Virus record (IMG/VR): IMGVR_UViG_3300024261_000007
Location: 69,025-133,024 of that record
Length of the DNA: 64,000 bases
From: a virus
Reading direction: 5' to 3' (one strand)
Shown here: piece by piece, positions 9,427-20,010 of the stretch
How the letters are laid out: each line of letters begins with the position of its first letter
How positions within the stretch are numbered: position 1 is the first letter of the stretch
Position numbers and translations under genes: made by a program
Notes under the pieces: model-generated
Seen by the model: only the letters and a program-made list of their open reading frames with translations
Databases searched by the model: none
Told to the model about the DNA's origin: nothing

Positions 9427-12400
9427 ATGGCTGGACAAGGCTCAGCGAGAGTAACATTACGTGAAATCGACTTATCACAAGTTAGAAATCCGCAGCAACA
9501 ACCTCAAGGCGTTCCAGCTGCTGTTGTCGGCCCCGCGAGTAAAGGTCCAGCCTTTGTGCCTCGCACTTTTGCCAACATGCAGCAGTTCGAAGAAGTCTTT
9601 GGTTCTATGCGCGAAAGAGGATATCAAGGAAACGCCAACCTCTTCGGACCAATGGCTCTTAACGAATGGATGCGATCAGCAAGTGCTGGTACATATCTCC
9701 GCGTTTTAGGCGTTGGTGACGGTCTTAAATCAAGTGGCGGTAAAACAACAGATGCAGGCTTCGTAGTTGGTGCAAAACAAGTTCAAGAACAAAGTAATGA
9801 CTTGGGCAAAGTAGGTGATAACCCACACGCTACAATAGAGGATTCAAATGATGCTCTTGCTTTAGGTAGAACACAATTCCTTGGTTGCTTCATGAAAGAT
9901 TCAACAGGAAGCAATTTCTTAAAAGATGCTGGCATGGAAGCAGAAGGCTCAGCAGCATCTCTTGTTATAGAATTTGGTGCCTTGCCTCAATCAGGAGATA
10001 CAATCAAGCTTAACGCTGTTGATGAACAAGGTAATCTTAACGGTGACGTTACTTTTACTTTTGGTAACGGCGGAGTTGCAATCGGCGCTTCAGCTGTTGA
10101 AGCACTTGCAAATTTAAAAGCAGCAATAGAAGCAGATGGTCAATTAGGCGATAACGGTGACCATAGAATAGACGTTTCAGCTGTTGATGATGTTAATGGT
10201 TTAGCCGACGACAATCTTGCAAGAATAACTTTGACATCAGCATTCCCAGTAGCTTTAGATAGTACTAATGACTGTATTGCAAAGTTTAATTTAAATCCTG
10301 CAGGCGAAGGTAGCGATCTACTTATAAAAGTAGGTGACAAGACAGCTTCTGTTAAAGACGACACGTTTTCTTTTGCACAAGTAGGTGGAACTGCTGCTTT
10401 TGCTGATATTGTTTTAAGCGATCAACCTGCGGCTGGTGGAACTCTTTCAATAACAGCAATTACAAATGATGGTGATGGCACGTTCTCAGATCAGGATGTA
10501 GTATACACTTTTAAAGCCAATTTGGCTAATCCTGATGATGCTGCTGAACTTGCATCCGGTCAACAAGTTTCTGGTGTTTATAGAATTGCTAGCAATACAA
10601 GCGTTGAAGTCAAGATTGGTAATACTTTTGCAGATACGTCTTCAAACTTAAGAGCAGCATTTAGACGTGTTGCTTCTCAAGTTGGTGATGGTATCAGCAC
10701 TTCAACTAAACATGAAGGACTTTTTGTTGTTGGCGACTTAGACACTACTTCGTTTAGGCTTACACATGTCTTAAAAGGCGAAGCAAGTAGAAGTAAAAAT
10801 GACGGTGAAACAGCTCCAATTAGTGTTGATGCAACAAATCTTACTGTTAAAGGTGCTTCTGATATTAATAATACTCTTGATGATACTATTATTAACGATG
10901 ACACTGATGGTTTCTTTAAGAGTGGATCTGATGGTAGTGCAACAACATTGACAATGAAGCTATCAGACAACCCAAATTCAGGTGACAACTTAGAATTGCA
11001 AATGGTAGCTGCTGACGGTAGTATTAAAAAAGATAGTTTTGAGTTTGCTACACCTAATGTTTACTTAAATGGTAATGTAATCGTAGCTTCTTCAATTGCT
11101 GCTACTGCAGAATTAGTATATACTGGCAAGCCATTAGATACAGAAACACTTACATTAACAGACGCAAATGACGATTCTCTTGTCTTTGAGATAGATGAAG
11201 CAACAGACGACGTCGCTGGCGGAATAATGAGATCACGTCTACCAGCAGCACTTGGTGACGCTCTCGCAGATTCAGGCGCAGATATTGGACAAACAATAAC
11301 TTTAGAAGATACTGCAGGAACTTCAGAGACATATATTTTAACAGATACAGGAGCCGGTGGCCTTGCTACTGGTGCAGTTGTTGCATTAAATAATGATCTA
11401 GGCGATGGTAATTTAGCTGTCCAAGGGCAAGTAGGACATATTGCTGTAGGTGTTGATTTGACTAATGGCATATCAAAGCTTGTGCTAATAAGAGCATTGG
11501 CAGACGCAATTGCTTCTGCTGAGGGTCATGGTAATACTATTACAATAGAAGAAACAGACGTTGATGGTCAAGGTGGTAATGATAGTATTACCATATTCCA
11601 AAGCGTTGGTGATGCTGCTGGTAATACTGCAGTTACAACAGATATTGCGCCTATTGTTGCAATAAACAATACGAGCCTTACTCGAGGTATTGATCGAATT
11701 GCTGTAGGCATAAAGAGTGCAGCAGACGCAAATGCTGCAGCTGGTAGTCTTGTAAGCGCTATAAACAACTCAGCTTTAAGAATAACTGCAACAAGAGTAG
11801 GAAATGCATCTCCTGTTACATTAACGCAAGATGACGTAGGAACATTAGGCAATGACAAAGATATTGCTGAAACTTTGACAAACTATACAGCAGATGAAAC
11901 ATTTGCGGGTGGTGTAGATGTTATTGCAATAGAGCTAGGAGTTGACAAGCAAGAGACTTTGTATAATATGCGTCGTGCTTTAAGCGCAAACACAACAGCT
12001 TTTTCTCAAACTTTGTTATCATCAGCAGTTTCAGATTCAGCTGACAGTATTACGATTTCTATGTTGCAAGAGAAAGGTTCACTTAAATCTGCTTTAACAA
12101 ATGTAATTAATGTATCTGATGCAGCATTATTTTCAAATCCAGCTGGAGAAATTAAGCTTGGCAACTTTGGCGAAAAGCAAGAAAACTTTAGTGGCGGCGG
12201 TGGCGCTGCAACACCAGTAATTCGTGGCGTATTGATGACTCCTCAAGGTGTAAAGGCTGCAATGGACGTTGCTGCTGGACTTGATGATCTCGTAAATTCA
12301 GTTGAAGGTAGTGCTCACATAAGATCAGTTGCACATGGTAAAACTTTTGGTGTTACAGCAGGAACGAACTTAACAGGTTATACGATTGGTGAAGTTTCTG

Positions 12401-14778
12401 AAACGCAAGGTTTCAAGATTATTTTAAATGGTTATTCAAACACCCAGAACCCTGCGGTTTTAAATTGTTCGTTTAATCCTGATTCACCATCATATTTTGC
12501 AAAAGTGTTAAACACAGATTCAACAAAGATTGAAGAGTTAGGTCATTATTTATACGCATGGTGGGATGTAAAACCTGCTGTTGCAAGTCCATCCAATGTA
12601 GGTTTAAGACATTCAGGTGGACAATTAAGTGCTGAATATGAAAGAATGATTGGTTTCTTAACTGAAGGTGCTTCTGGAAGAGACGGATCTCTTGATGGTA
12701 GCAAGCCAAATTATGAAAACTTTGAATCAAAATTCCGAACATCATGTACTCCTTGGATTGTTTCTCAGTTCTACGGTTCTGAAGGTGATCAAGCAGTAAG
12801 ACCAGCTACAGCAAAAAGTGGTGATTCTTTAAGATTATTTAAACTTCATTCATTGGACGATGGATCTGCAAGTAATAATAAGTTTAGATTGTTAATTTCT
12901 AATTTAAGATATGTATCAGACACTGAATATGGTTCGTTTGATATGGCACTTGAGAGTTGGGATTCTGACCCAATTAAGGGCACTCCGCTTGCTGCTTGGA
13001 AAAATGCTTCATTAGATCCAATGAGCAATAACTTTGTTGGTCGTTTAGTTGGTGACAAGCATATTTATTTTGACTTTGAAAAAGATGCAGATAAGCAACG
13101 GTTAAGAGAAGAAGGTCAATATGCACAAAAAAATCCTTACGTTAGAATTGAACTTTCAGATGGCTTAAAGAAAGGAAATATTCCGGTTGATGCTTTACCA
13201 ACAGGTTTCCAAGGTCACTCTATTCTTTTCACAAATACATCAGGTAACTTTATTGAGCCTACCGACTTAGTAGAAAGCAAAAGAATATTTACAGATGCTG
13301 CCGATAACGTATCTTCAGTATTGTCTACAATGCAGGTTCTTCCAATGGACTATGTTATTTCTATTAATAGACAGCCTATTCAAGATATATTTGAAGCTGA
13401 TGATGACTTAGCTTGGGGTGTTAAGTTTGGTTTAAGAGAATCTCAAGTTGATTTTATAAGTGATTCAAATAGAGGACATAAAGAAAATCAAGAGCAAGTA
13501 TTTAATAAATCAATGTTATCTTGGGCCAAGTTCTTCCCGGACTTTGGTTCAAATCCAGCAATGTTGACTGACGGTGATGATACTGACTTGGCACAGAATT
13601 CTTTCTTCTCTCTTGAAAAGATTGAAATACCATCAAGTTCTTTGACTTCTGACAAAATTACTTCATGGGATGGATCAATGTATCGTAGAAATGCAGGTGC
13701 TGCACCATCAAATGGAAGTAGATTTGTTAATATTTCGAAAGATGCAAATGTAAAGAACTTAAGATATCTTAAATTCCGTTGTATGTTCCAAGGTGGATTT
13801 GATGGCGTTAATATCTTTGACGAGCAAAAAGCAGAATTTAGTGGAACAGCAACATTGCGTGAAGGTTTTGATGAGACTGATAGCAAGAAGTTTACTGGAC
13901 CGACAATTATGTCTTATCGTCGCGCAGTTGACGTTCTTTCTGACAAGTCTGCAGCAGAATTCCAACTTCTTGTTTTGCCTGGTCAAAGAGCTTCTGCAAT
14001 AACTGATTACGCAATTTCTGCTTGTGAAGATCGATTTGATGCATTGTACTTAATGGACATTGTTGAAAAGAATGATAGTGATATTGCAATTGAAGATGCA
14101 CAAGAAAAAGCAAACGTAAGAAATACAATTCGTGAGTTTAGTCAAAGATTGCTTGATACATCATTTGCAGCTGCTTACTTCCCAGACGTTTTGATGAGAA
14201 GACCTTCTGATAATGCACCAACATTGGTACCACCTTCAGTAGGTATGCTTGGTGCATTAAGTCGTAATGATTCAATTGCTGATCCATGGTTTGCACCTGC
14301 TGGTTTAAATCGAGGTCGTCTAAATGCTATTGATTCAAAGGTCCAAATGACTCGCGATTTACTTGATGAATTATACGATGCAGACATTAATCCAATTTAC
14401 GTTCCAGCAGGACGTAGTGGTGAGGTTTATGCCTTTGGTCAGAAGACATTATTACAAGATCAATCAGCACTTGATAGAATCAATGTGAGACGTCTTCTTA
14501 TCGATATACGTCGTAAGGTTCGCAAAGTTGGTGAGCAATTACTCTTTGAGCCAAATAGAGCATCTACTCTTTCAAGATTTTCTGGACTTGTAGAGCCAAT
14601 TATGGCAAACGTTCAAGCTCGTCGCGGCGTTGCTCGTTATAAGGTGCAAATTGATGCTTCAACAACAACTCAAGCAGATGTTGAAAACAATACAATAAGA
14701 GGAAAGATTTATTTACAACCTCTTAAGTCTGTAGAGTTTATTTCTCTTGATTTTGTTGTAGCAAACAATATTGAATAG
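9427..14778 (+). CDS. Contractile tail sheath protein 2 with large internal repeat-domain insertion
   Basis: REIDLS, VVGPASKGPAFVP, PWFAPAGLNRG, INPIY, GQKT, ALDRINVRRL, PLKSVEFISLDF; 1783 aa. Confidence 0.92.
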   Translation: MAGQGSARVTLREIDLSQVRNPQQQPQGVPAAVVGPASKGPAFVPRTFANMQQFEEVFGSMRERGYQGNANLFGPMALNEWMRSASAGTYLRVLGVGDGLKSSGGKTTDAGFVVGAKQVQEQSNDLGKVGDNPHATIEDSNDALALGRTQFLGCFMKDSTGSNFLKDAGMEAEGSAASLVIEFGALPQSGDTIKLNAVDEQGNLNGDVTFTFGNGGVAIGASAVEALANLKAAIEADGQLGDNGDHRIDVSAVDDVNGLADDNLARITLTSAFPVALDSTNDCIAKFNLNPAGEGSDLLIKVGDKTASVKDDTFSFAQVGGTAAFADIVLSDQPAAGGTLSITAITNDGDGTFSDQDVVYTFKANLANPDDAAELASGQQVSGVYRIASNTSVEVKIGNTFADTSSNLRAAFRRVASQVGDGISTSTKHEGLFVVGDLDTTSFRLTHVLKGEASRSKNDGETAPISVDATNLTVKGASDINNTLDDTIINDDTDGFFKSGSDGSATTLTMKLSDNPNSGDNLELQMVAADGSIKKDSFEFATPNVYLNGNVIVASSIAATAELVYTGKPLDTETLTLTDANDDSLVFEIDEATDDVAGGIMRSRLPAALGDALADSGADIGQTITLEDTAGTSETYILTDTGAGGLATGAVVALNNDLGDGNLAVQGQVGHIAVGVDLTNGISKLVLIRALADAIASAEGHGNTITIEETDVDGQGGNDSITIFQSVGDAAGNTAVTTDIAPIVAINNTSLTRGIDRIAVGIKSAADANAAAGSLVSAINNSALRITATRVGNASPVTLTQDDVGTLGNDKDIAETLTNYTADETFAGGVDVIAIELGVDKQETLYNMRRALSANTTAFSQTLLSSAVSDSADSITISMLQEKGSLKSALTNVINVSDAALFSNPAGEIKLGNFGEKQENFSGGGGAATPVIRGVLMTPQGVKAAMDVAAGLDDLVNSVEGSAHIRSVAHGKTFGVTAGTNLTGYTIGEVSETQGFKIILNGYSNTQNPAVLNCSFNPDSPSYFAKVLNTDSTKIEELGHYLYAWWDVKPAVASPSNVGLRHSGGQLSAEYERMIGFLTEGASGRDGSLDGSKPNYENFESKFRTSCTPWIVSQFYGSEGDQAVRPATAKSGDSLRLFKLHSLDDGSASNNKFRLLISNLRYVSDTEYGSFDMALESWDSDPIKGTPLAAWKNASLDPMSNNFVGRLVGDKHIYFDFEKDADKQRLREEGQYAQKNPYVRIELSDGLKKGNIPVDALPTGFQGHSILFTNTSGNFIEPTDLVESKRIFTDAADNVSSVLSTMQVLPMDYVISINRQPIQDIFEADDDLAWGVKFGLRESQVDFISDSNRGHKENQEQVFNKSMLSWAKFFPDFGSNPAMLTDGDDTDLAQNSFFSLEKIEIPSSSLTSDKITSWDGSMYRRNAGAAPSNGSRFVNISKDANVKNLRYLKFRCMFQGGFDGVNIFDEQKAEFSGTATLREGFDETDSKKFTGPTIMSYRRAVDVLSDKSAAEFQLLVLPGQRASAITDYAISACEDRFDALYLMDIVEKNDSDIAIEDAQEKANVRNTIREFSQRLLDTSFAAAYFPDVLMRRPSDNAPTLVPPSVGMLGALSRNDSIADPWFAPAGLNRGRLNAIDSKVQMTRDLLDELYDADINPIYVPAGRSGEVYAFGQKTLLQDQSALDRINVRRLLIDIRRKVRKVGEQLLFEPNRASTLSRFSGLVEPIMANVQARRGVARYKVQIDASTTTQADVENNTIRGKIYLQPLKSVEFISLDFVVANNIE

Positions 14779-14829
14779 ATAAAGTGATAGATATATATAA
14801 TTAAAGAAAGAATTTAGGAGTTATTAAAC

Positions 14830-15318
14830 ATGGCTGAGACACTATCCGTTACAGAAATGATACCCAATAAGTTTGAACCAAAGAGAAAGAATCGATGGGT
14901 CTTTGCTATTGAAGGTATCGACGCGTTTCTTATGAAGACTGCGAACCGTCCTTCGTATTCAACAAACGAAACAACAATCCCTTTTATAAATAGTACCCGC
15001 TACCTTGCTGGTAAGACAACTTTTGATACAATGTCTGTGACACTTCATGACCCAATTGCACCTTCAGGCGCACAACAGGTTATGGAATGGATCAGAACTC
15101 ACTTCGAGTCAGTATCAGGTCGCGCTGGTTACGCTGACTTTTATAAGAGAGACTGCCAACTCAAGATGCTTGATCCAGTTGGCACAGTTGTAGAACTTTG
15201 GGACATCAAAGGAGCTTTCTTGACAACAGCTTCCTTTGGTGACTTAAGTTATGACGGCGACGATCCACAAGAGATTTCTCTTACTCTTCGCTTTGACAAC
15301 TGTGTACTACAATACTAA
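14830..15318 (+). CDS. Tail tube protein, T4 gp19-like
   Basis: FEPKRKNRW, YLAGKTTF, QQVMEW, YKRDCQLKMLDPVG..VELWDIKGAF, LTLRFD; directly after sheath. Confidence 0.9.
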   Translation: MAETLSVTEMIPNKFEPKRKNRWVFAIEGIDAFLMKTANRPSYSTNETTIPFINSTRYLAGKTTFDTMSVTLHDPIAPSGAQQVMEWIRTHFESVSGRAGYADFYKRDCQLKMLDPVGTVVELWDIKGAFLTTASFGDLSYDGDDPQEISLTLRFDNCVLQY

Positions 15319-15358
15319 TTAAAAATATAGCAACACAGCTTGCCATCTTCTAAAGAAC

Positions 15359-15392
15359 CAAAAAAAGAGTATCTCTTGGTGCTCTTTTTTTG
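15359..15392. terminator. Rho-independent terminator, potentially bidirectional
   Basis: CAAAAAAAGAGTATC-TCTT-GGTGCTCTTTTTTTG hairpin with A and T tracts. Confidence 0.75.
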
Positions 15393-15472
15393 TATCTGTT
15401 AAACTATTTTTCTTTTAAAATATAATTTATCAATAATTAAATTAAAATAAAACAGAAACAACTAGGTAAACA

Positions 15473-18400
15473 ATGGCTGAAAATGACTTTGCTGAAATTG
15501 AATTAGGTAATATTCCTCGACCAAACTTGCAAGAGCAATATGCTGGATTATTAAGTACAACATTAGGTGTAGTAGGTCCTGCATTTAAAGGACAAGCATT
15601 TGTTCCTACTGTTATAACAAACGAAGACGGAGCAGACAATACTTTAATTAATAAGCTTGGAACAAACAGACAAAACCTGAATCAACACCTGTATGATGAA
15701 TTTCTAAACTATAAAAATAGTCAAGGCTACCTCGCAGCTAACGCATGGCTTTCAAATGGTGGTGAATATCTTTATTACACAAGAGTTCTTGGGATTGGCA
15801 GTGGCATTAAAAATGATCTAACAGGGAAAATGAAAGGCTCAGGCTTTCGTGTTGATCAAAATGTCAGTCATGGTACTCTTGACAATACAAGATCTGCATA
15901 TAGATTTTCTAATAATGACGTAGCAAAAGGTTCAACTGGGTTTGTTCTTCGAAAAATATCTCAAGCAAACTATACAGAAGTTAATAGAAACGCGGAAGAT
16001 GAATTTTCCAAACAAGGAGAATTGGAATACTATAAAGAGTTAGGTCTTGAAAATAATGATTATTATTTTATTACAAATGTTTTTGTTTTTAATCAAGGCG
16101 TTTTACCAACTTTTGATAATTCATTTAATAATACATACACTTTAGGTGATATAGAAGGAAACGAATCAGGAGGCATATCAAAGAATAATATTGTTGTAAA
16201 AAAAGCAAAATTTGTTATAACAAACATAAAACTTAATGGGTACAATCCTCTTTTTGTAGAAAAAATGCATGAAAACACCTTTTCAAAGTTTCGAAATGGC
16301 TTTACACTTGGTAACAATACGTATGAAAATTACAAAGAAAACTCAGCATTTTCAGACTCAAGAAAATCTTCAAATACTTTTGTGTCTAAGTTTTTTGAAA
16401 AAGGCTTTTTAAATTATGCTTCTTTTCCTCTTTTTAAGTTAAAAACCCAAGCGAGTTCTATATCAGATACAAAAATATTAATAAGTAAGTCGCTGTCCGA
16501 CAATGAAAAACTAACTAAGACTGACTATAATTCTTGGGAAAGTGAATACACAACAGCAAAAACACCTTGGGTTACATCACAACCTTTAGACAGATCAGGT
16601 TTTACAGAAAGCATAGCTGGCGTTGCATATGATAATAGAATCAATATTCATAAAAAAGTTTCAAATTTATTTAAATTCTTTTCTTTGGATGATGGTGAAA
16701 TAGGAAACAGATTTAGAATAAAAATAAACATTAAGAAAAAAGGCAATGAAAACATTTCTGATATTAGGTTTGTAAATAAAATATACAACAATAAAATTTT
16801 AGAAAACTACAGTTTTTATAGCAATTCTGCAAATGCTCAAAGCTTAATTAATGAATTAGATAATTTTTACGCTACTTTCGATGTACATGTTTTTGAATAT
16901 GATCCAAGGCTACATAAGTTTATAGACTTAGAAGATGAAACTACAAGTGCCATAACGTCAGTACAGTCGTTTAACGATTTAAATCTAAACCCATTAAGTT
17001 CAAACTATATAGGAAAAGTAATTGGAACAAAACATAGATACTATGATTTTGAAGCAGACTGTGTAGTTGAAAAAGGAAAGTATGAAAATACAAACAAATA
17101 CATAAGAGTAGAAATCTCAGATTTTATAGAAAAAATAGAATCAGCAAAACAACATATGCTTTTACCTTCTGGATTTAGATCTTATCCTCACATCGAATTA
17201 AACAAAGAATCTTTTGATCACTATCTCGATCAGCAAGGTAATGATGAATTTGAAAATTTTGATTTTAATGATATGTTTGACAATAACGAAATTAAACATT
17301 TACCTCCAATGTACAATCTTTGCTATTTAGAAGACTATACATTGCCTGAAACTTTTAGTATTAAAAATAGCTGGGGCCCTTTATTCTTTAATATTAAAAT
17401 GAAAAATCAAAATAATAATCTATTAAATATACATGATATAGACAGATATAGTGGCAGTAGTAGTGTAGAAGACGCAAAATTATTATCACCTCACTTATAT
17501 TATACAAAATATTTCCTTTCAGACTGCAAGTCAGAATATCAAAATGTGTGGAAAGAAGAAGATAACTATTTAAATTCATTTTTTCATTTGGAAAAAATAT
17601 GTACGACTTTTCATATTAATACTAATACTCGTCAAACAACAAGCGCAAGCGCAATTAGTGAAAAAAGAAATATAAATTATAAACATTCAGGTAAAAATCT
17701 TAAAACTTTCATCGAAAATTCCGCGGCTTTTTATATTAATTTAGATGACACAGAATCAGACACAAGTATTTGGAAAGATGATAGAACACTTAACGATTTA
17801 TTTGTAGATAGATTAAGTTTTGACATGTTTACTTATGGAGGATTTGATGGTGTTGATATAAGAGACAACGATAAAAGAAGTTTTACAAATACAGCAATTG
17901 CAAGAGAGGTGTTAGGAGAAGACGAAAAATCACCTGCAGAAGGTGCCACTTACAATTCGTATAAGAAAGCTATAAAAATAGCATATGATGATGCGTATTC
18001 TGATATTGATTTTTTTGTTGTACCTGATGCTTTTAATACACAAATTACAGAGCAATGTACTAAATTAAGTGATGATAGCAAAAAAACATTGTTTATAGGT
18101 GATGCAAAAGGTGCACTTGATAATATTAGAACACTTTTGTTTTATGACAATAACGAAGTTGGAGCAAATCGCGAAATTGTTAATTTTTATGAACAGTTAG
18201 GTTTGAATGCAAATTATTACGACATATCAAGTAAGATATCAAGTAGCTATTCAAGAAATGATAGCAATTTAATAATAAATGGAATTGATGCTACAGGAGA
18301 TGCAAAAACTCCTGTTTTTAAGTCAAACGATGAAGATGTTATAAGTTATGAAAATATTGCAAAAAGTCTGAATAGACAAATAGCAGATCAATGGTCGACA

Positions 18401-19153
18401 CAAAGTATACAAAGTAAATATTCTTTTATCGTACATGGAAATTTAGATTGTACGACAAACACAGATTCTTTTTACATGTCACCTGTAGTATATACTCTGG
18501 CACAATTTATAAAAAATTCAAATAGTATTACTGAATCAGGTAATATAAGTCTTTCAGGCTTAGACAGTATTAACTTAAACTTAATCGAAGGCATAGAGCT
18601 GACAAAGGGAACAACAGAAAATAAACAAGATTTTAAGTATTTAGAAAGACTTTCTTTAGATTACAAATTAAATCTTTTGGTCAAAAAAACTGCAAGTTCT
18701 TTATTTCCGACTTTAAACTCGCAGCTTCTTTCACATGAAGTTAATAAGTCTATATTTACAAGGCAGGATATTTTAAGAAGTATTTTGGTTATTAAAAAAA
18801 GAATTAAGTATGATTTATTTTTAAATCAGCGTTTAGTTGAAGGAGGATTTTTGTTTGCTCAGAATAGTAACTCTAAAAACTTAAATCAGTTATTAAAAAT
18901 CCAGCTCGATACTCTGTTAAGCCAGTTTGTAAGTGAAGGTTTAATAGCTGATTTTAGAGTTGTTACTAAAAACTTAAGTGACCCTGAAGCTATTATTGAT
19001 ATGCAAAGCTATATTTTAAGAGGAACAGTATTATTAAAGTTTAACACAGGATTTAATAATTCTATAATAAATTTAGGCTTAGATAGTATATTAAGTGATC
19101 TAAGTCTATTAAATAATGAAAGTACAGATGCGGTTTTAATACCGACAGTATAA
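15473..19153 (+). CDS. Divergent third tail-sheath-like protein
   Basis: Retains GVVGPAFKGQAFVP, YTRVLGIG, TPWVTSQ, LFKFFSLDDG, YGGFDGVDI shared with sheaths 1/2; C-terminal WFAPAG/GQKT/VRRL motifs eroded. Confidence 0.75.
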   Translation: MAENDFAEIELGNIPRPNLQEQYAGLLSTTLGVVGPAFKGQAFVPTVITNEDGADNTLINKLGTNRQNLNQHLYDEFLNYKNSQGYLAANAWLSNGGEYLYYTRVLGIGSGIKNDLTGKMKGSGFRVDQNVSHGTLDNTRSAYRFSNNDVAKGSTGFVLRKISQANYTEVNRNAEDEFSKQGELEYYKELGLENNDYYFITNVFVFNQGVLPTFDNSFNNTYTLGDIEGNESGGISKNNIVVKKAKFVITNIKLNGYNPLFVEKMHENTFSKFRNGFTLGNNTYENYKENSAFSDSRKSSNTFVSKFFEKGFLNYASFPLFKLKTQASSISDTKILISKSLSDNEKLTKTDYNSWESEYTTAKTPWVTSQPLDRSGFTESIAGVAYDNRINIHKKVSNLFKFFSLDDGEIGNRFRIKINIKKKGNENISDIRFVNKIYNNKILENYSFYSNSANAQSLINELDNFYATFDVHVFEYDPRLHKFIDLEDETTSAITSVQSFNDLNLNPLSSNYIGKVIGTKHRYYDFEADCVVEKGKYENTNKYIRVEISDFIEKIESAKQHMLLPSGFRSYPHIELNKESFDHYLDQQGNDEFENFDFNDMFDNNEIKHLPPMYNLCYLEDYTLPETFSIKNSWGPLFFNIKMKNQNNNLLNIHDIDRYSGSSSVEDAKLLSPHLYYTKYFLSDCKSEYQNVWKEEDNYLNSFFHLEKICTTFHINTNTRQTTSASAISEKRNINYKHSGKNLKTFIENSAAFYINLDDTESDTSIWKDDRTLNDLFVDRLSFDMFTYGGFDGVDIRDNDKRSFTNTAIAREVLGEDEKSPAEGATYNSYKKAIKIAYDDAYSDIDFFVVPDAFNTQITEQCTKLSDDSKKTLFIGDAKGALDNIRTLLFYDNNEVGANREIVNFYEQLGLNANYYDISSKISSSYSRNDSNLIINGIDATGDAKTPVFKSNDEDVISYENIAKSLNRQIADQWSTQSIQSKYSFIVHGNLDCTTNTDSFYMSPVVYTLAQFIKNSNSITESGNISLSGLDSINLNLIEGIELTKGTTENKQDFKYLERLSLDYKLNLLVKKTASSLFPTLNSQLLSHEVNKSIFTRQDILRSILVIKKRIKYDLFLNQRLVEGGFLFAQNSNSKNLNQLLKIQLDTLLSQFVSEGLIADFRVVTKNLSDPEAIIDMQSYILRGTVLLKFNTGFNNSIINLGLDSILSDLSLLNNESTDAVLIPTV

Positions 19154-19164
19154 CAGGAGAATAA

Positions 19165-20010
19165 ATGAGCAATTCGCTAGATACACCAATTAATCCGCAG
19201 ACTATCAAAAAAGATGGTCCTATTCAAGTTTCAAATGTTATGAAAGACGATTTTGGATTTGATATTCCACAAGAGAGTGTTCCTCTGCCATCACGAGGAA
19301 TTATTTATAGCGTTGACGGACCTTTGCATAATCAAGAAACAATTGATATTAAGCCAATGACAGCAAGAGAAGAAGATATTTTAACAAGTAGAGCTTATAT
19401 TAAAAGCGGAACTGTTTTAACAAAACTTTTACAATCTTGTATCACAAACAAGTCAATAAATCCAGATCATCTAATCAGTGGAGATAGAAATGCGCTTTTA
19501 GTTTCTTTAAGGATTACAGGTTATGGCGCTGATTATGATGTTGAAGTAGACTGTCCTGAGTGTGGTTCAAGAAGCAAGCAAACATTTGATTTATCAAAAC
19601 TTGAAATTAAAAGGCTTGAAATTGAACCAGTTACAATTGGAGAAAATTTATTTGAAGTCATGTTGCCTGTAACAAAAAAGTCAGTTAAAGTTAAGTTTTT
19701 AACTGGTTCTGATGAAAGAGACATGATGATAACTAGCGAAAGAAGAAAAAAGAGTGGTATGAAGGTAGAAACAACAATTACTGATCGGTTGATGAGGTCA
19801 ATTGTTGCAGTAGATAGTATTGCAGATAAAAACAAAATTGGATTTTTTGTTAAAAACATGCCTGCTCGAGACTCTTTAGCACTTCGAAGATTTTTAGACC
19901 AGAACGAGCCAGGAATTGTCATGAAGTCTTGGATGAATTGTTCAAGCTGTCACGAGCAAAGCGAGGTAGGTCTTCCTATGGGTGCCTCGTTTTTTTGGCC
20001 TGACACCTAA
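19165..20010 (+). CDS. Tail assembly chaperone / T4 gp26-like hub assembly protein
   Basis: VPLPSRG, MTAREEDILT, GDRNALLVSLRITGYG, CPECG and CSSC Zn motifs, ends FFWP. Confidence 0.8.
   Translation: MSNSLDTPINPQTIKKDGPIQVSNVMKDDFGFDIPQESVPLPSRGIIYSVDGPLHNQETIDIKPMTAREEDILTSRAYIKSGTVLTKLLQSCITNKSINPDHLISGDRNALLVSLRITGYGADYDVEVDCPECGSRSKQTFDLSKLEIKRLEIEPVTIGENLFEVMLPVTKKSVKVKFLTGSDERDMMITSERRKKSGMKVETTITDRLMRSIVAVDSIADKNKIGFFVKNMPARDSLALRRFLDQNEPGIVMKSWMNCSSCHEQSEVGLPMGASFFWPDT
19987..20001 (+). other. Candidate programmed ribosomal frameshift site (T7 run, +1/-2)
   Basis: TCG TTT TTT TGG CCT; +1 frame continues FGLTPN... to 20227 with no obvious RBS/ATG of its own. Confidence 0.6.
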
